A stretch of 64,000 nucleotides of DNA from an uncultured Bacteroides sp. (GCA_944320865.1 CALUJC010000007.1:17560-81559); one strand, 5' to 3'. Counted from the first letter of the stretch, positions 33,130 to 42,946 are shown. Numbers and translations are program-made. The notes: generated by a model from the letters alone, not told the origin.

Positions 33130-33876
33130 TCACTTCTTAATGACGGCCCGCACCACAAACCAGGCGTGGAGGAGGAAGGTGGCGGGCCAGCCGTAGTGGC
33201 GGGTCATGATGCGGAAGCGCTCCAGCAGGGAGGCGCGGTGGTTGCGGGTGGTGAGGCCTTCGTCGAGGTAGTCGATGAGGGTGAGGCGGGTGTTGTGCGT
33301 GGTGCGGGCTTGCTTCAGGATGCGGATGCACCAGTCGAAGTCGGCCGAGAAGCGGTAGCGCAGGTCGTAGCGGGGGGCCAGGGAGGCTTTGGGCCAGAAG
33401 GCCTGGTGGCACACCAGCATGCCTTGGCGGAAGCTGCGCCACGTGAGCTGCCGGGGGGCACGGAGGCGGCGCATGCGCACGAAGTGGCCTTCATGGTCCA
33501 CCAGCTCGGTTTCGCCATAGATGACGTCGGGCAGCTCCTGCCCCGCGAGGCTGTGCACGGCTTGCAGCAGGGTGTCGTCTTCGTGGAAGCTGTCGCCAGC
33601 GTTGAGGAAGATGAGGTAGTCGCCCGTGGCGCGGGCCATGCCTTTGTTCATGGCGTCGTACAGTCCCTTGTCGGGCTCGCTGACGACGAGGGCGATGCGG
33701 TCGCGGTAGCGGTGCACGATGTCGAGGGTGCCGTCGGTAGAGCCTCCGTCGATGATGATGTACTCCACGTGGTGGTAGGTCTGGGTGATGACGCTTTGTA
33801 TGGTGTCTTCCAGCACGGCGGCGGCGTTGTAGGTGACGGTGATGACGCTGAACCTGGGGGTGGGGTGGTGAAGCAT
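33130..33876 (-). CDS. Family 2 glycosyltransferase
   Basis: Motifs FSVITVTYNAAAVLEDTIQSVITQTY..EYIIIDGGSTDGT. DxD-context motif is FLNAGD. Confidence 0.9.
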   Translation of the reverse strand: MLHHPTPRFSVITVTYNAAAVLEDTIQSVITQTYHHVEYIIIDGGSTDGTLDIVHRYRDRIALVVSEPDKGLYDAMNKGMARATGDYLIFLNAGDSFHEDDTLLQAVHSLAGQELPDVIYGETELVDHEGHFVRMRRLRAPRQLTWRSFRQGMLVCHQAFWPKASLAPRYDLRYRFSADFDWCIRILKQARTTHNTRLTLIDYLDEGLTTRNHRASLLERFRIMTRHYGWPATFLLHAWFVVRAVIKK

Positions 33877-33888
33877 GGGCGCAGGGGG

Positions 33889-35139
33889 TTAGAGCTTGTT
33901 GTAGAGGTCAATGTACTTCTTTGCCACCACGTTTTCGGCGTAGTGGGTGGCGGCCTTGCGGGCGGCTTGCTCGCAGAGGCTGTCGTAGCCCGGCTCGGTG
34001 AGCAGCCAGTAGATGCCGTTGGCAAAGTCGCCGGCGTCGCGGTAGGTGGCCACGTAGCCGTTGTGCAGGTGGTCTATCATCTCGGGTATGCCGCCCACGT
34101 TGAAGCCCACGCAGGGGGTGCCGCAGGCCATGGCTTCCATGATGGTGTTGGGCAGGTTGTCTTCCAGCGAGGGGGTGGCAAAGAGGTCGACGGCGTTGTA
34201 GATGTCTACCAGCTGGTGGTCGTCGGTCACAAAGTCCAAGGGGTAGACCTTGAAGGGGAGCAGGCTGCCCAGCTGTTGGGAGTTGCGGCCGAAGGCCACC
34301 ACGGCCAGACGGTCGCGCAGCTCAGGGTGCTGGTCGGCCAGCAGGCGGCAGGCCTTCACGAGGTAGTCTATGCCCTTGCGCTTGTCGGTTATCTTGACGG
34401 AGCCGAAGAGCATGAGCCGCATGTCCTGGGGAAGCTGGAGCTTGTGGCGTGCCGCTGCCTTGTCGTGCGGGCGGAAGAGGTTGGTGTTGATGGCGTTGGG
34501 GATGCTGGTGACGGGCATGCCTTGCAGCAGGGCGCTTTGGCGTGCCTGCCCTTCGAGCCACCGGCTGCAGGTGACGAAGTGTATCTGCCGCCCGGCGTAG
34601 AGGGCCTGCTTGCGGCGGAAGGTGGTGGCGGAGAGGTCTTTGTTCCGCCGCCCGCCGGCCAGGTAGGGGCAGTTGTGGCAGGCCGTGCGGTAGTGGTCGC
34701 AGCGGCGGGCATAGTGGCAGATGCCGGTGCAGGGCCACATGTCGTGCATGGTCCACACCACGGGTTTGCCCGAGTCGAGTATCTTGCGGATGTCTTTCAG
34801 CGAGAGCATGCCTTGGTTCACCCAGTGCAGGTGGACGATGTCGGCCTGCTGGAATTCGGGCAGCGAGGTGATGTCGTTGCCCGTGTTGGCAATGTCCACG
34901 GCAAAGAGGTTCTGGCGGCTGAAGCGGTTGGCTGTCCAAATGACCACGCGTTCCCATACAAACTGCCACACCATGCGCCAACTGGGTTTCAGCGCCACTA
35001 CGGTGCTTTGGCCGGTTTGCTTGTTGCGCACCAGCATCTTGGCCTTGATGCCTTGCGCCTTGAGGGCTTCCATCAGCCGGTTGGCGGCTATGGCGGCTCC
35101 GCCGATGCGTTCGGAAGTGTTGATGAGGATTACTCGCAT
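33889..35139 (-). CDS. GT4 (GT-B fold) glycosyltransferase
   Basis: N-terminal ILINTSERIGGAAIAA and C-terminal ATPSLEDNLPNTIMEAMACGTPCVGFNVGGIPEMI. Confidence 0.9.
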   Translation of the reverse strand: MRVILINTSERIGGAAIAANRLMEALKAQGIKAKMLVRNKQTGQSTVVALKPSWRMVWQFVWERVVIWTANRFSRQNLFAVDIANTGNDITSLPEFQQADIVHLHWVNQGMLSLKDIRKILDSGKPVVWTMHDMWPCTGICHYARRCDHYRTACHNCPYLAGGRRNKDLSATTFRRKQALYAGRQIHFVTCSRWLEGQARQSALLQGMPVTSIPNAINTNLFRPHDKAAARHKLQLPQDMRLMLFGSVKITDKRKGIDYLVKACRLLADQHPELRDRLAVVAFGRNSQQLGSLLPFKVYPLDFVTDDHQLVDIYNAVDLFATPSLEDNLPNTIMEAMACGTPCVGFNVGGIPEMIDHLHNGYVATYRDAGDFANGIYWLLTEPGYDSLCEQAARKAATHYAENVVAKKYIDLYNKL

Positions 35140-35212
35140 GTTTTTGTCATCGTTTAGGGTTAGGAGAACTCTTTACGGGGGCAAAGTTAGGGTTTTTCTT
35201 GGGAATATGCTT

Positions 35213-35396
35213 GTTTACCGTATAGTAAATCGTCCGTTTGCCGTATAGTAAACGGTCTGTTTACCGTATAGTAAACGGTCCGTTTACCGTATAGTAAATG
35301 GTCTGTTTACCGTATAGGCATCCGGCGACCCCTCGGATAGGCATCCGGCGGACCCTCGGATAGGTATTCGGCAGACCCTCGGATAGGTATCCGGCG
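35213..35396. repeat. 8 x 23-bp strictly phased array made of two related unit types
   Basis: Unit starts are 35213, 35236, 35259, 35282, 35305, 35328, 35351 and 35374. The first units are gtttaccgtatagtaaacggtcc. Unit 5 is the hybrid gtttaccgtataggcatccggcg. The last units are gaccctcggataggcatccggcg. Each unit has an internal dyad, for example ccgtttac..gtaaacgg. Confidence 0.85.
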
Positions 35397-35401
35397 GCCT
35401 G

Positions 35402-36328
35402 TCACCTGCCGAAGTCGCCCCGCAGCGTGCGCTTGATGCGCCGGATGGCCTTGGCCCAGAAGCCGAAGTGGCGGCGGTAGTAGCGCGCGAGGCATTGGCG
35501 TGCGGCCTCGTTTTCCTCCACAGGGGAGATGGGGGCGACGGGCAATGGCTCCATCCACAGCTTGGAGCGGTAGAGGCCTCCGCCGCCGCAATGGGTGCCG
35601 CTGCCGTCGAAGCCGTCGTTCAGCACCAGCGAGCGGCCCACGTTGAGCGAGAGCACGTCGGCCAGGAAGAGGCTGGCATTCCAGCGGATGGCCCACGAGT
35701 CGTTCTTCCCCTCCACCTGGCGGCGCAGCATGCGGGTGTAGCGGTAGGTGCCGTCGAAGTCGAAGCGCCGCGTCAGTCCGCGCCGCTGCAGCTCGTCCAG
35801 CAGGGCGCGGCCGTCGGGGTTGAACAGCCGCCAGGCCCTTTGCCACGTGGCCCATCCCCAGCTGCCCGTCCAGCGGATGAGGAAGGTGGGGGGCAGGGCC
35901 GGGTCGCCGGTGAAGTCGCATGCCTGGATGTGGCCCACGCGTGGCTCGTCCCGGTACGCCTCCAGCGCGTCGTTCATGAAGCGCAGGAAGTAGGGCGACA
36001 GCACCAGGTCGTCTTCCAGCACGATGACGCGGCCGTAGCGGTTCACCTGTTCGGTCACCCCGGCAATGATGCTGCGGGCCAGTCCCCAGTTTTCCGCGCG
36101 CTCAATGATGTCCACCTGCGCGAAGCCGCGGATGGTGCGCAGGTAGCGGCGCACCTCCTGCACGGCGGGGCGTGCGGCATCATTGCGCGGGGCGTCGCTG
36201 TACACTATCAGGCGGCTCTGCCGGGCTTCGGCGTTCCGGCACAGGCTCTCCACCAGGCGGCGCGTGTGCTGCGGGCGGTTGTAGGCAAAGAGCAGGATGG
36301 GGGCAAGGCGGTTATCGGTTGTTTCCAT
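35402..36328 (-). CDS. Glycosyltransferase, GT-A fold (GNT-I-like/family-2-like)
   Basis: Motif PILLFAYNRPQHTRRLVESL...IVYSDAPRN and acidic motif LEDDLVLS. It lies within the glycosyltransferase cluster. Confidence 0.65.
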   Translation of the reverse strand: METTDNRLAPILLFAYNRPQHTRRLVESLCRNAEARQSRLIVYSDAPRNDAARPAVQEVRRYLRTIRGFAQVDIIERAENWGLARSIIAGVTEQVNRYGRVIVLEDDLVLSPYFLRFMNDALEAYRDEPRVGHIQACDFTGDPALPPTFLIRWTGSWGWATWQRAWRLFNPDGRALLDELQRRGLTRRFDFDGTYRYTRMLRRQVEGKNDSWAIRWNASLFLADVLSLNVGRSLVLNDGFDGSGTHCGGGGLYRSKLWMEPLPVAPISPVEENEAARQCLARYYRRHFGFWAKAIRRIKRTLRGDFGR

Positions 36329-37316
36329 AAGGCTGATGGGTTAGTTTGCAATATATTTTGGTGAAGAACCGGCGGAGGCTGTACCGCCCGAGGCGTTGGC
36401 GGATGAAGGCGGGCAGCATGCGCAGGTAAGAGGCGGTGAGGCCGGCCTCCCGCAAGCAGGCAAACCATAGGCCGCGCTTTGGCACTTGCAGGCTGTTCCA
36501 TGGCTTCAGCGGCCCCACGTAGTGCACTTGCACGGGGCGCGCCAAGGCCCGGGTGAACATGGCCAGCCTTTCGGCCTCGCCCTCGGGAAGCCAACGGCTC
36601 GTCGAGACAAAGTGGACGTCTCCGCGAGAGAAAGGCTTGTAATAGGTGTTGCACACCACGTATTCCATAGGCAGGTGGCGCACGCGCGGCCCGCAGCACA
36701 GCGCCAGGCAGTCTTGCTCGGGCAGGGGCAGGCGGTGGTAGTTCCGGCGGTAGAAGTCTGTCAGCCTCTCCAGCATCCCGTCGCGGCGGATGGTCTTGAG
36801 GTTGAACAGCAGGTAGCCGGCCATGATTTCCTGCTCCAGGGCTTGCTTTTCTTGCGGTGAAAACAAGTCGTCGGCATAAGCTTTCATGCGCCCGCTTTCC
36901 AGTACCTGCCCTACGCCGGCATAGTAGAAGTCTTCGTCGGGAAACAGGAAGTAGGAGGGAGAGATGTCTCCTGTGAACACGACATCGACATCAGAGCAAA
37001 GAATGCGGTCGTATTGCGGGAATATCTCTGCGGCTATCAGCTTGTAGTAGATTTCTTTGGAGAAGTGCGATTTCCCTTGCCCGATATCGCCTTGCCCATC
37101 AAAGTGTGAGACATCGACAAATTGCAGGTCGGCATTGGGAAAGCGTTTTACCAAGCGTGTGAGTCTCTTTTGGATGGCCTGGGGGATGGAGGTGTGCAAT
37201 ACGTACAATTTATATTGGTATAGCGGGGCGGCATGGCGCAACAATGAGTAGAAGGCCACGGCAGCAGGCACCGCGTAGTAGCGGTCGAAGGTGAAGAATA
37301 TAGGTATTTGCTTCAT
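36312..37316 (-). CDS. Family 8 glycosyltransferase
   Basis: Start re-set to MKQIPIFFTFDRYYAVPAAVAFYSLL. Motif ILCSDVDVVF (DxD). There is a 4-nt ATGA overlap with the upstream GT2 and a 17-nt overlap with the downstream gene. Confidence 0.8.
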   Translation of the reverse strand: MKQIPIFFTFDRYYAVPAAVAFYSLLRHAAPLYQYKLYVLHTSIPQAIQKRLTRLVKRFPNADLQFVDVSHFDGQGDIGQGKSHFSKEIYYKLIAAEIFPQYDRILCSDVDVVFTGDISPSYFLFPDEDFYYAGVGQVLESGRMKAYADDLFSPQEKQALEQEIMAGYLLFNLKTIRRDGMLERLTDFYRRNYHRLPLPEQDCLALCCGPRVRHLPMEYVVCNTYYKPFSRGDVHFVSTSRWLPEGEAERLAMFTRALARPVQVHYVGPLKPWNSLQVPKRGLWFACLREAGLTASYLRMLPAFIRQRLGRYSLRRFFTKIYCKLTHQPYGNNR

Positions 37317-38275
37317 GGGCGTAGGGGATTGATGATGTATCGCCCGTGGTCGCGGATGAAGGCCAGGGGCAGGAAGAAGGCACGCAGGCATTGCACGGCG
37401 CCCTGCACGCCGGGGGCAGCTTCTTGCCTATGCCTCAGGCAGAGCAGGCAGGCGGAGAGAATGCCCCACAGGCTCCCCTTTGCCATGAGGCGGACGGCTT
37501 GCCCGGCGGTGTCATCCCGGAAAGGCACTTGCCCCAGCAGGGAGAAGTAGAGGGCGGTGCGTCGCCTGTTGTCTGCCTTCCACAGGGCGCGGATGGCTTG
37601 CAGGTAGCCGTGCCATTTGCTTGCTTTTGGCGTATCGCTCCGGTAGGTGGCGGCCTCTTCATGCCTCCGCCAACGCACCAGCGGGGTGTGCAGATAGCGC
37701 ACCCTGCCCATGCTGCCGGCCAGGGTGAACAGCAGGTAGTCGTAGGACACGTTGTAGCCCTTGAACGGTTTCAGCTTCTCCCGCACCTCTTGCCGGAACA
37801 GCATCTGGTGGCCGTAGGCGCGTGGGTAGAGTATGGCGCACAGCGGGGGGAAAGACGTGGGCAATGGGGTGGTATATAGCAGGCGGGGTTTCGGACTGCC
37901 GTCCATCACGTAGGAGTTGTGGAAGATGAGCGGGCTGTCGCCTATCTCCCGCATCAGTGTCTCCAGTTTGTCCGGCAGCCAGATGTCGTCTTGGTCGCAG
38001 CAGGCTATATACTCTCCCGTGGCACGTTGCAGGGCGGTGAGAAAGTTCCGGTTGAACCCCAGCCGTCGCGGGTTGGCATGAAAGCGGATGTTCCTGTCGG
38101 GATATTGCTCCCCGTAGGTGTGGACAATCTGCCCGGTGCCGTCTGTAGAGCAGTCATCCTGCACAATGAGCTCGTAGAACGGGTAAGTCTGGGCGAGCAG
38201 CGAGTCTATTTGCTCCCGCAGGTAGGCCTCCCCGTTGTAGGTGCAGAGTATGATGGATATCTTCCGTGTACGCAT
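37313..38275 (-). CDS. Family 2 glycosyltransferase
   Basis: Motif ISIILCTYNGEAYLREQIDSLLAQTY..ELIVQDDCSTDGT. CDQDDIW motif is present. Confidence 0.9.
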   Translation of the reverse strand: MRTRKISIILCTYNGEAYLREQIDSLLAQTYPFYELIVQDDCSTDGTGQIVHTYGEQYPDRNIRFHANPRRLGFNRNFLTALQRATGEYIACCDQDDIWLPDKLETLMREIGDSPLIFHNSYVMDGSPKPRLLYTTPLPTSFPPLCAILYPRAYGHQMLFRQEVREKLKPFKGYNVSYDYLLFTLAGSMGRVRYLHTPLVRWRRHEEAATYRSDTPKASKWHGYLQAIRALWKADNRRRTALYFSLLGQVPFRDDTAGQAVRLMAKGSLWGILSACLLCLRHRQEAAPGVQGAVQCLRAFFLPLAFIRDHGRYIINPLRP

Positions 38276-38279
38276 GGCC

Positions 38280-39281
38280 TTATCGTGCTTTTATCTTCTG
38301 CAAGAGGGTGATGATGCGGTCGTACAGCCTTTTGCCGGGGGTGATGTGCGGGATGCCGGTGTAGCGCGATGCCCTTGCCCAAAAGGCCTGCTCGTCCTGT
38401 ATGCAAGGCTTATCCACCAGGAGTTTATACAGGCGATACAGCCCGCGCTTTTTCTCATAGGGCAGGTGCCACACGGCAAGGTGCTCGTCGCCGGGGTGCA
38501 CATTGTTGAAGCGTGGAGTGGTCCACATGCGTTTCACGTAGCGGTTGCCTATGGTGTTGCGCAGGTGCAGGCGTTCGGCCAGCACGCTGAGGAACAGGGC
38601 TTCCTCGTTCAGCTTGGGCAGCCCTTGGCGGAAGCGTTGCAGGTTGTATTGCCACAAAGGCCGGTAGCCCTCGTTTACCCGTGCTACGGCATCGCCGCGC
38701 AGGGCAATGAATTCCCCGCCGTAATAGCTGAGGGGGGGCGACGGTGCTTCGCCGTAGCAATCGGCATACAGCGCTTCCATCTGCTGCAGGTTTATGCCGT
38801 TGAGCGGCTCGGCAGGGTCGGTGGCCTGCTCGTAGAGGGCGCAGCCTTGGGCTTCTACTTCCCGGAACAGCGGGGCAAGGGAATGTCGGCACAGACAGTC
38901 GGCATCACATACCAGCAAGGTATCAGTCGCCGCCATTCGGCCCTCCATGTAGCGCAGGATGTCGTACAGGTAAAACTGGTTGCGCCATGCCTTGTACCAG
39001 CCTTCGGGAGGCATGCACCGGTAGGGCAGGCGTATCACCTCCACTTGCAGGCGTGCAAACAGTTGTTCCAGATAGGTAGGCAACTGTTGCGCGTTGGTGA
39101 AAAACAGCAGCCGGCTTTCCGGGTTGTAGTGCCGGAAGGTGACAAAGAAAGGCACTTGAATCTGCATGTAGATGGAGTGCGTCAGTCCGGAATCCCCCCG
39201 TTGCCCGGCTTGGGGATAATAGCTGGCATCTTTGGCAGACTCCTTGTAAAACCAGGTGGCGATATAAGATGTGGAACTCAT
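38280..39281 (-). CDS. Hypothetical protein; possible nucleotide-sugar transferase
   Basis: No family recognised. The motif LLVCDADCLC is DxD-like. The gene sits inside the GT cluster and overlaps the wzx stop by 4 nt. Confidence 0.45.
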   Translation of the reverse strand: MSSTSYIATWFYKESAKDASYYPQAGQRGDSGLTHSIYMQIQVPFFVTFRHYNPESRLLFFTNAQQLPTYLEQLFARLQVEVIRLPYRCMPPEGWYKAWRNQFYLYDILRYMEGRMAATDTLLVCDADCLCRHSLAPLFREVEAQGCALYEQATDPAEPLNGINLQQMEALYADCYGEAPSPPLSYYGGEFIALRGDAVARVNEGYRPLWQYNLQRFRQGLPKLNEEALFLSVLAERLHLRNTIGNRYVKRMWTTPRFNNVHPGDEHLAVWHLPYEKKRGLYRLYKLLVDKPCIQDEQAFWARASRYTGIPHITPGKRLYDRIITLLQKIKAR

Positions 39282-40837
39282 AGCTTTTTCTTAAAGATGA
39301 AACGGATGCTTTCCCGGAAGATGACAGACTGCAGCTTCCAAAGCACCAGTGCATACAGCCCTGCCACGATGATAACCTTGGCCATCAGGCTGAGGTAACA
39401 GTTCTCAATGTCTTGCGTAAGGTAGCGTGCCAGGATGACCAGTGCCGCCGACAGTAGCAGGTAGGGACTGATGTCTCTCAGCAGGTTGCCCAAGGTCAGG
39501 CCTATCTCCCGCCGCACAAAGGCAAACCATACAAACAGCCACGCGATGTTGATGGCTACAAACACCCGCAGCATCCACGTCATGCCCAGCGGATACATGG
39601 CACAGGCAGCCACCAGTTGCAGCACGCTCAGGCAGATGGTGTTCCACATGTAGGTCGCGGAATGCCCACGGCTGACCAGCAGGTTGGAGAACAGGTTGTT
39701 GATGGGTACAAAGGCCCCCCATATACATAGCAGTTGCAGGATGTCGGCACTGGCCAGCCACTTGTCGGTGATGGCAATAACAATCAGTTCGTGCGCCACC
39801 AGGCTCAACCCCAGCATGGCAGGAAACGACACAAAGGCCGTGAAGCGCAACAGCTTGCGGAAGATGCCCCGTTGTCTGCCCCGGTCGTCGGACACGCTGG
39901 CCAGTACCGGCTGCGCCACCCCGTTTAGCATGCCGGTCACGGTGGTGTGCCCCATGTAGTTCCACTTGTTGGCTTGCGAGAAGTCACCCACCTCCCGGGG
40001 GGAATAAAAGCGTCCCAGCAAGGTGGAGAACAAGTTGTTGTTGATGATGTTGAAGATGTTCGTGATAAGCATCCGGCTGCTGAAGCCCACCATCTCGCGG
40101 ATGGGGGTAAAGTCGAACGACAGCGTCGGCCTCCACCGGGCAAAGTAGAAGTTGAGCGCCGTGACGATGGTGACGTACACCAGCGATTGCGCCGCCAGTC
40201 CCCAGTAAGCAAAACCATTGGCCGCCAGCAGGATGCCCACGATGCCCGACCCCGTCAGGCAGGACAGCGAGATAATGGTGTTTTCTTTCACCTTCAAGTT
40301 CTTGAACAAAATGGCGCGGGGGGCAATGCTCAGGCTGGCAATGACGAATCCTAAGAAAGTGAAACGCGCCAGCGGCACCAGTTCAGGCGTGTGGAAAAAA
40401 TCAGCTATCAGCGGGGCAGCCAGCCACAGCACGAGGTAGAGCACCACGCTGCACGACGTGCTGAACCAGAACACTGCATTGTAATCCCGGTGGCAAGCCT
40501 GCTTGCGGTTGGTCAGTGCCGAGATGAATCCCCCTTCCTGAAGCGTTGAGGCTATCTGCGTGAAGATGGCCAGCATGCCCACCATACCATAGTCTGCCCG
40601 CGTCAGCAGCCGTGCCAGGAAGATGCCGAAAAGGAGGTTCAGCAACTGCTGCAGGCCGTTGCTGAAACCTCCCCAGAATAGTCCTTTGGCGGTTTTCTCT
40701 TTTAAAGAAGAGCCTTTTTTCAATGAAGAAGAAAGAATAGCTGCTTCATGGCGAAATGAAGAATCTGCCCTTTCCGGAGCGGATTCTTCATGCTTCAGCC
40801 CTAATTCTTCATGAAGCTGCGGCTCTTCATTCTTCAT
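39278..40837 (-). CDS. wzx: Wzx-type oligosaccharide flippase (MOP superfamily)
   Basis: About 12 or more hydrophobic helices. N-terminal motif LKEKTAKGLFWGGFSNGLQQLLNLLFGIFLARLL. The first ~45 codons (MKNEEPQLHEE...) lie in the heptad-repeat/hairpin region, so the true start may be downstream. Confidence 0.8.
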   Translation of the reverse strand: MKNEEPQLHEELGLKHEESAPERADSSFRHEAAILSSSLKKGSSLKEKTAKGLFWGGFSNGLQQLLNLLFGIFLARLLTRADYGMVGMLAIFTQIASTLQEGGFISALTNRKQACHRDYNAVFWFSTSCSVVLYLVLWLAAPLIADFFHTPELVPLARFTFLGFVIASLSIAPRAILFKNLKVKENTIISLSCLTGSGIVGILLAANGFAYWGLAAQSLVYVTIVTALNFYFARWRPTLSFDFTPIREMVGFSSRMLITNIFNIINNNLFSTLLGRFYSPREVGDFSQANKWNYMGHTTVTGMLNGVAQPVLASVSDDRGRQRGIFRKLLRFTAFVSFPAMLGLSLVAHELIVIAITDKWLASADILQLLCIWGAFVPINNLFSNLLVSRGHSATYMWNTICLSVLQLVAACAMYPLGMTWMLRVFVAINIAWLFVWFAFVRREIGLTLGNLLRDISPYLLLSAALVILARYLTQDIENCYLSLMAKVIIVAGLYALVLWKLQSVIFRESIRFIFKKKL

Positions 40838-40852
40838 TCTTCATTCTTCATT
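40757..40852. repeat. gaatgaa heptad run plus inverted repeats (same motif family as 19614..19669)
   Basis: atgaagaatc (40757..40766) pairs with gattcttcat (40782..40791). The stretch 40825..40852 carries four ttcattc heptads. Confidence 0.7.
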
Positions 40853-40859
40853 TAAACAG

Positions 40860-42902
40860 TTACTTCACTTCGCTGCCCGGCTTCACCTCGCGCAGCAGGG
40901 TAGTTACGGCCAGCGAGCCGTCCCAATCCTCGGCGCTAAGAATCATGCCCTCGCTCACCAGCCCGTTCTTGAACTGGCGGGGAGCCAGGTTGGCGATGAA
41001 CAGCACTTGCTTGCCTACCAACTCCTCGGGCTTGTAGTGCTGGGCGATGCCGCTCACGATGGTGCGGTTCTCCAGTCCGTCGGCTATCTTGAACTGCAGC
41101 AACTTCTTCATCTTGGGCACGGGGGCGCACTCCAGCACGGTGCCCACGCGGATGTCCAGCTTCTCGAACTCATCAAAGGAGATGACGGGCTTCACGGGGT
41201 TGGCCTTGTAGTTGGCCGCCTCGTTGGCCTTCTTCGTAGCCAGCAGCTTGTCTACCTGCGCTTGGATGGTGGCGTCATCAATCTTCTCGAACAGCAGGAC
41301 AGGCTCTCCCAACTGGTGGCCTACGGGCAGCAGGTCGGTGTGTCCCAGGTTGTCCCACTCCAGATGCTCCACGTTCAGCATCTCGCGCAGCTTCTTGCTG
41401 CTGAAGGGCAAGAACGGCTCAAAAGCAATGGCCAGGTTGGCCACGAGTTGCAGGGCGATGTTCAGGATGGTACCCACGCGCTCCATGTCCGTCTTGGCCA
41501 GCTTCCACGGCTCGGTGTCGGCCAGGTATTTGTTGCCGATGCGCGCCAGGTTCATGGCCTCCTTCTGCGCGTCGCGGAACTTGAAGATGTCCAGCAACTT
41601 CTCCACTTCCGCCTTGACGTCGGCAAACTCTTGCAAAGTCTCGCGGTCGTAAGCATTTAGCTCGCCACACGCAGGCACTTTGCCGTCGAAGTACTTCTTG
41701 GTGAGTTGCAGGGCGCGGTTCACGAAGTTGCCATACACGGCCACCAACTCGTTGTTGTTGCGCGCCTGGAAATCTTTCCACGTAAAGTCATTGTCCTTCG
41801 TCTCCGGAGCATTGGCGGTCAACACATAGCGCAATACGTCCTGCTTGCCGGGGAAGTCTTGCAGGTACTCATGTAGCCATACCGCCCAGTTGCGAGACGT
41901 CGATATCTTGTCACCCTCCAGGTTGAGGAACTCGTTGGAAGGCACGTTGTCCGGCAGGATATACGAGCCCTCAGCCTTCAGCATGGCAGGGAAGACGATG
42001 CAGTGGAAGACGATGTTGTCCTTGCCGATGAAGTGGATGAGGCGCGTCTCCGGGTCTTTCCACCACTTTTCCCAGTCATCGGGCAGCAGTTCCTTGGTGT
42101 TGCTGATGTAGCCGATGGGTGCGTCGAACCATACGTAGAGCACCTTGCCTTCGGCTCCTTCCACAGGCACGGGGATACCCCAGTCCAGGTCGCGGCTTAC
42201 GGCGCGGGGCTGCAGGCCCATGTCCAGCCAACTCTTGCACTGGCCGTAGACGTTGGGGCGCCACTCCTTGTGGTCCTCCAGAATCCATTGGCGCAACCAG
42301 GCCTCGTGCTTGTCCAGGGGCAGGTACCAGTGCTTGGTTTCCTTCATCACCGGTTCGCTGCCGCTGATGGCGCTCTTGGGGTTTATCAATTCCGTGGGGC
42401 TCAGGGTGGAGCCGCACTTCTCGCACTGGTCTCCGTAGGCACCTTGGGCGTGACAACGGGGGCATTCGCCCGTGATGTAGCGGTCGGCCAGGAAAGTCTT
42501 CGCCTCCTCGTCATAATATTGCATGGAGGTCTTCTCGATGAACTCGCCCTTGTCGTAGAGCTTGCGGAAGAAGTCCGATGCCGTGTCGTGGTGTACCTTC
42601 GAGGTGGTACGTCCATACACGTCGAACGAGATGCCGAACTCCTCGAACGACTTCTTGATGAGTTCGTGGTAGCGGTCCACAATGTCCTGCGGCGTGCATC
42701 CCTCCTTTTTGGCGCGGATGGTGATGGGCACCCCGTGCTCGTCGGAGCCGCCAATGAAGAGCACGTCTTCTTTCTTCAGGCGCAGATAGCGCACATAGAT
42801 ATCCGCCGGGACATACACGCCTGCCAGGTGGCCGATGTGCACCGGTCCGTTGGCATAGGGCAGTGCCGATGTCACGGTAGTACGTTTGAAATTCTTTTCC
42901 AT
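40860..42902 (-). CDS. metG: Methionine--tRNA ligase
   Basis: The class I HIGH signature appears as [14 protein letters not shown], and the zinc knuckles as [18 protein letters not shown]. The KMSKS-equivalent region and a C-terminal tRNA-binding (EMAP-like) domain are present. Length is 680 aa. Confidence 0.95.
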   Translation of the reverse strand: MEKNFKRTTVTSALPYANGPVHIGHLAGVYVPADIYVRYLRLKKEDVLFIGGSDEHGVPITIRAKKEGCTPQDIVDRYHELIKKSFEEFGISFDVYGRTTSKVHHDTASDFFRKLYDKGEFIEKTSMQYYDEEAKTFLADRYITGECPRCHAQGAYGDQCEKCGSTLSPTELINPKSAISGSEPVMKETKHWYLPLDKHEAWLRQWILEDHKEWRPNVYGQCKSWLDMGLQPRAVSRDLDWGIPVPVEGAEGKVLYVWFDAPIGYISNTKELLPDDWEKWWKDPETRLIHFIGKDNIVFHCIVFPAMLKAEGSYILPDNVPSNEFLNLEGDKISTSRNWAVWLHEYLQDFPGKQDVLRYVLTANAPETKDNDFTWKDFQARNNNELVAVYGNFVNRALQLTKKYFDGKVPACGELNAYDRETLQEFADVKAEVEKLLDIFKFRDAQKEAMNLARIGNKYLADTEPWKLAKTDMERVGTILNIALQLVANLAIAFEPFLPFSSKKLREMLNVEHLEWDNLGHTDLLPVGHQLGEPVLLFEKIDDATIQAQVDKLLATKKANEAANYKANPVKPVISFDEFEKLDIRVGTVLECAPVPKMKKLLQFKIADGLENRTIVSGIAQHYKPEELVGKQVLFIANLAPRQFKNGLVSEGMILSAEDWDGSLAVTTLLREVKPGSEVK

Positions 42903-42938
42903 ATCGTTGTGATTCTAATATTAAGCTACAATACCCGG

Positions 42939-42946
42939 CAAAGATA
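42939..42946 (-). promoter_or_regulatory. -7 box TAnnTTTG upstream of metG
   Basis: Minus strand reads tatctttg, 37 nt upstream of the ATG. Confidence 0.45.

Noticed and set aside
33166-35157. 663-aa ORF on the + strand
   Set aside because: It runs antisense across two well-supported glycosyltransferase genes and the gap between them. Its composition is low-complexity Gly/Ala/Val/His, typical of shadow frames in GC-rich DNA, and it has no recognisable motif.
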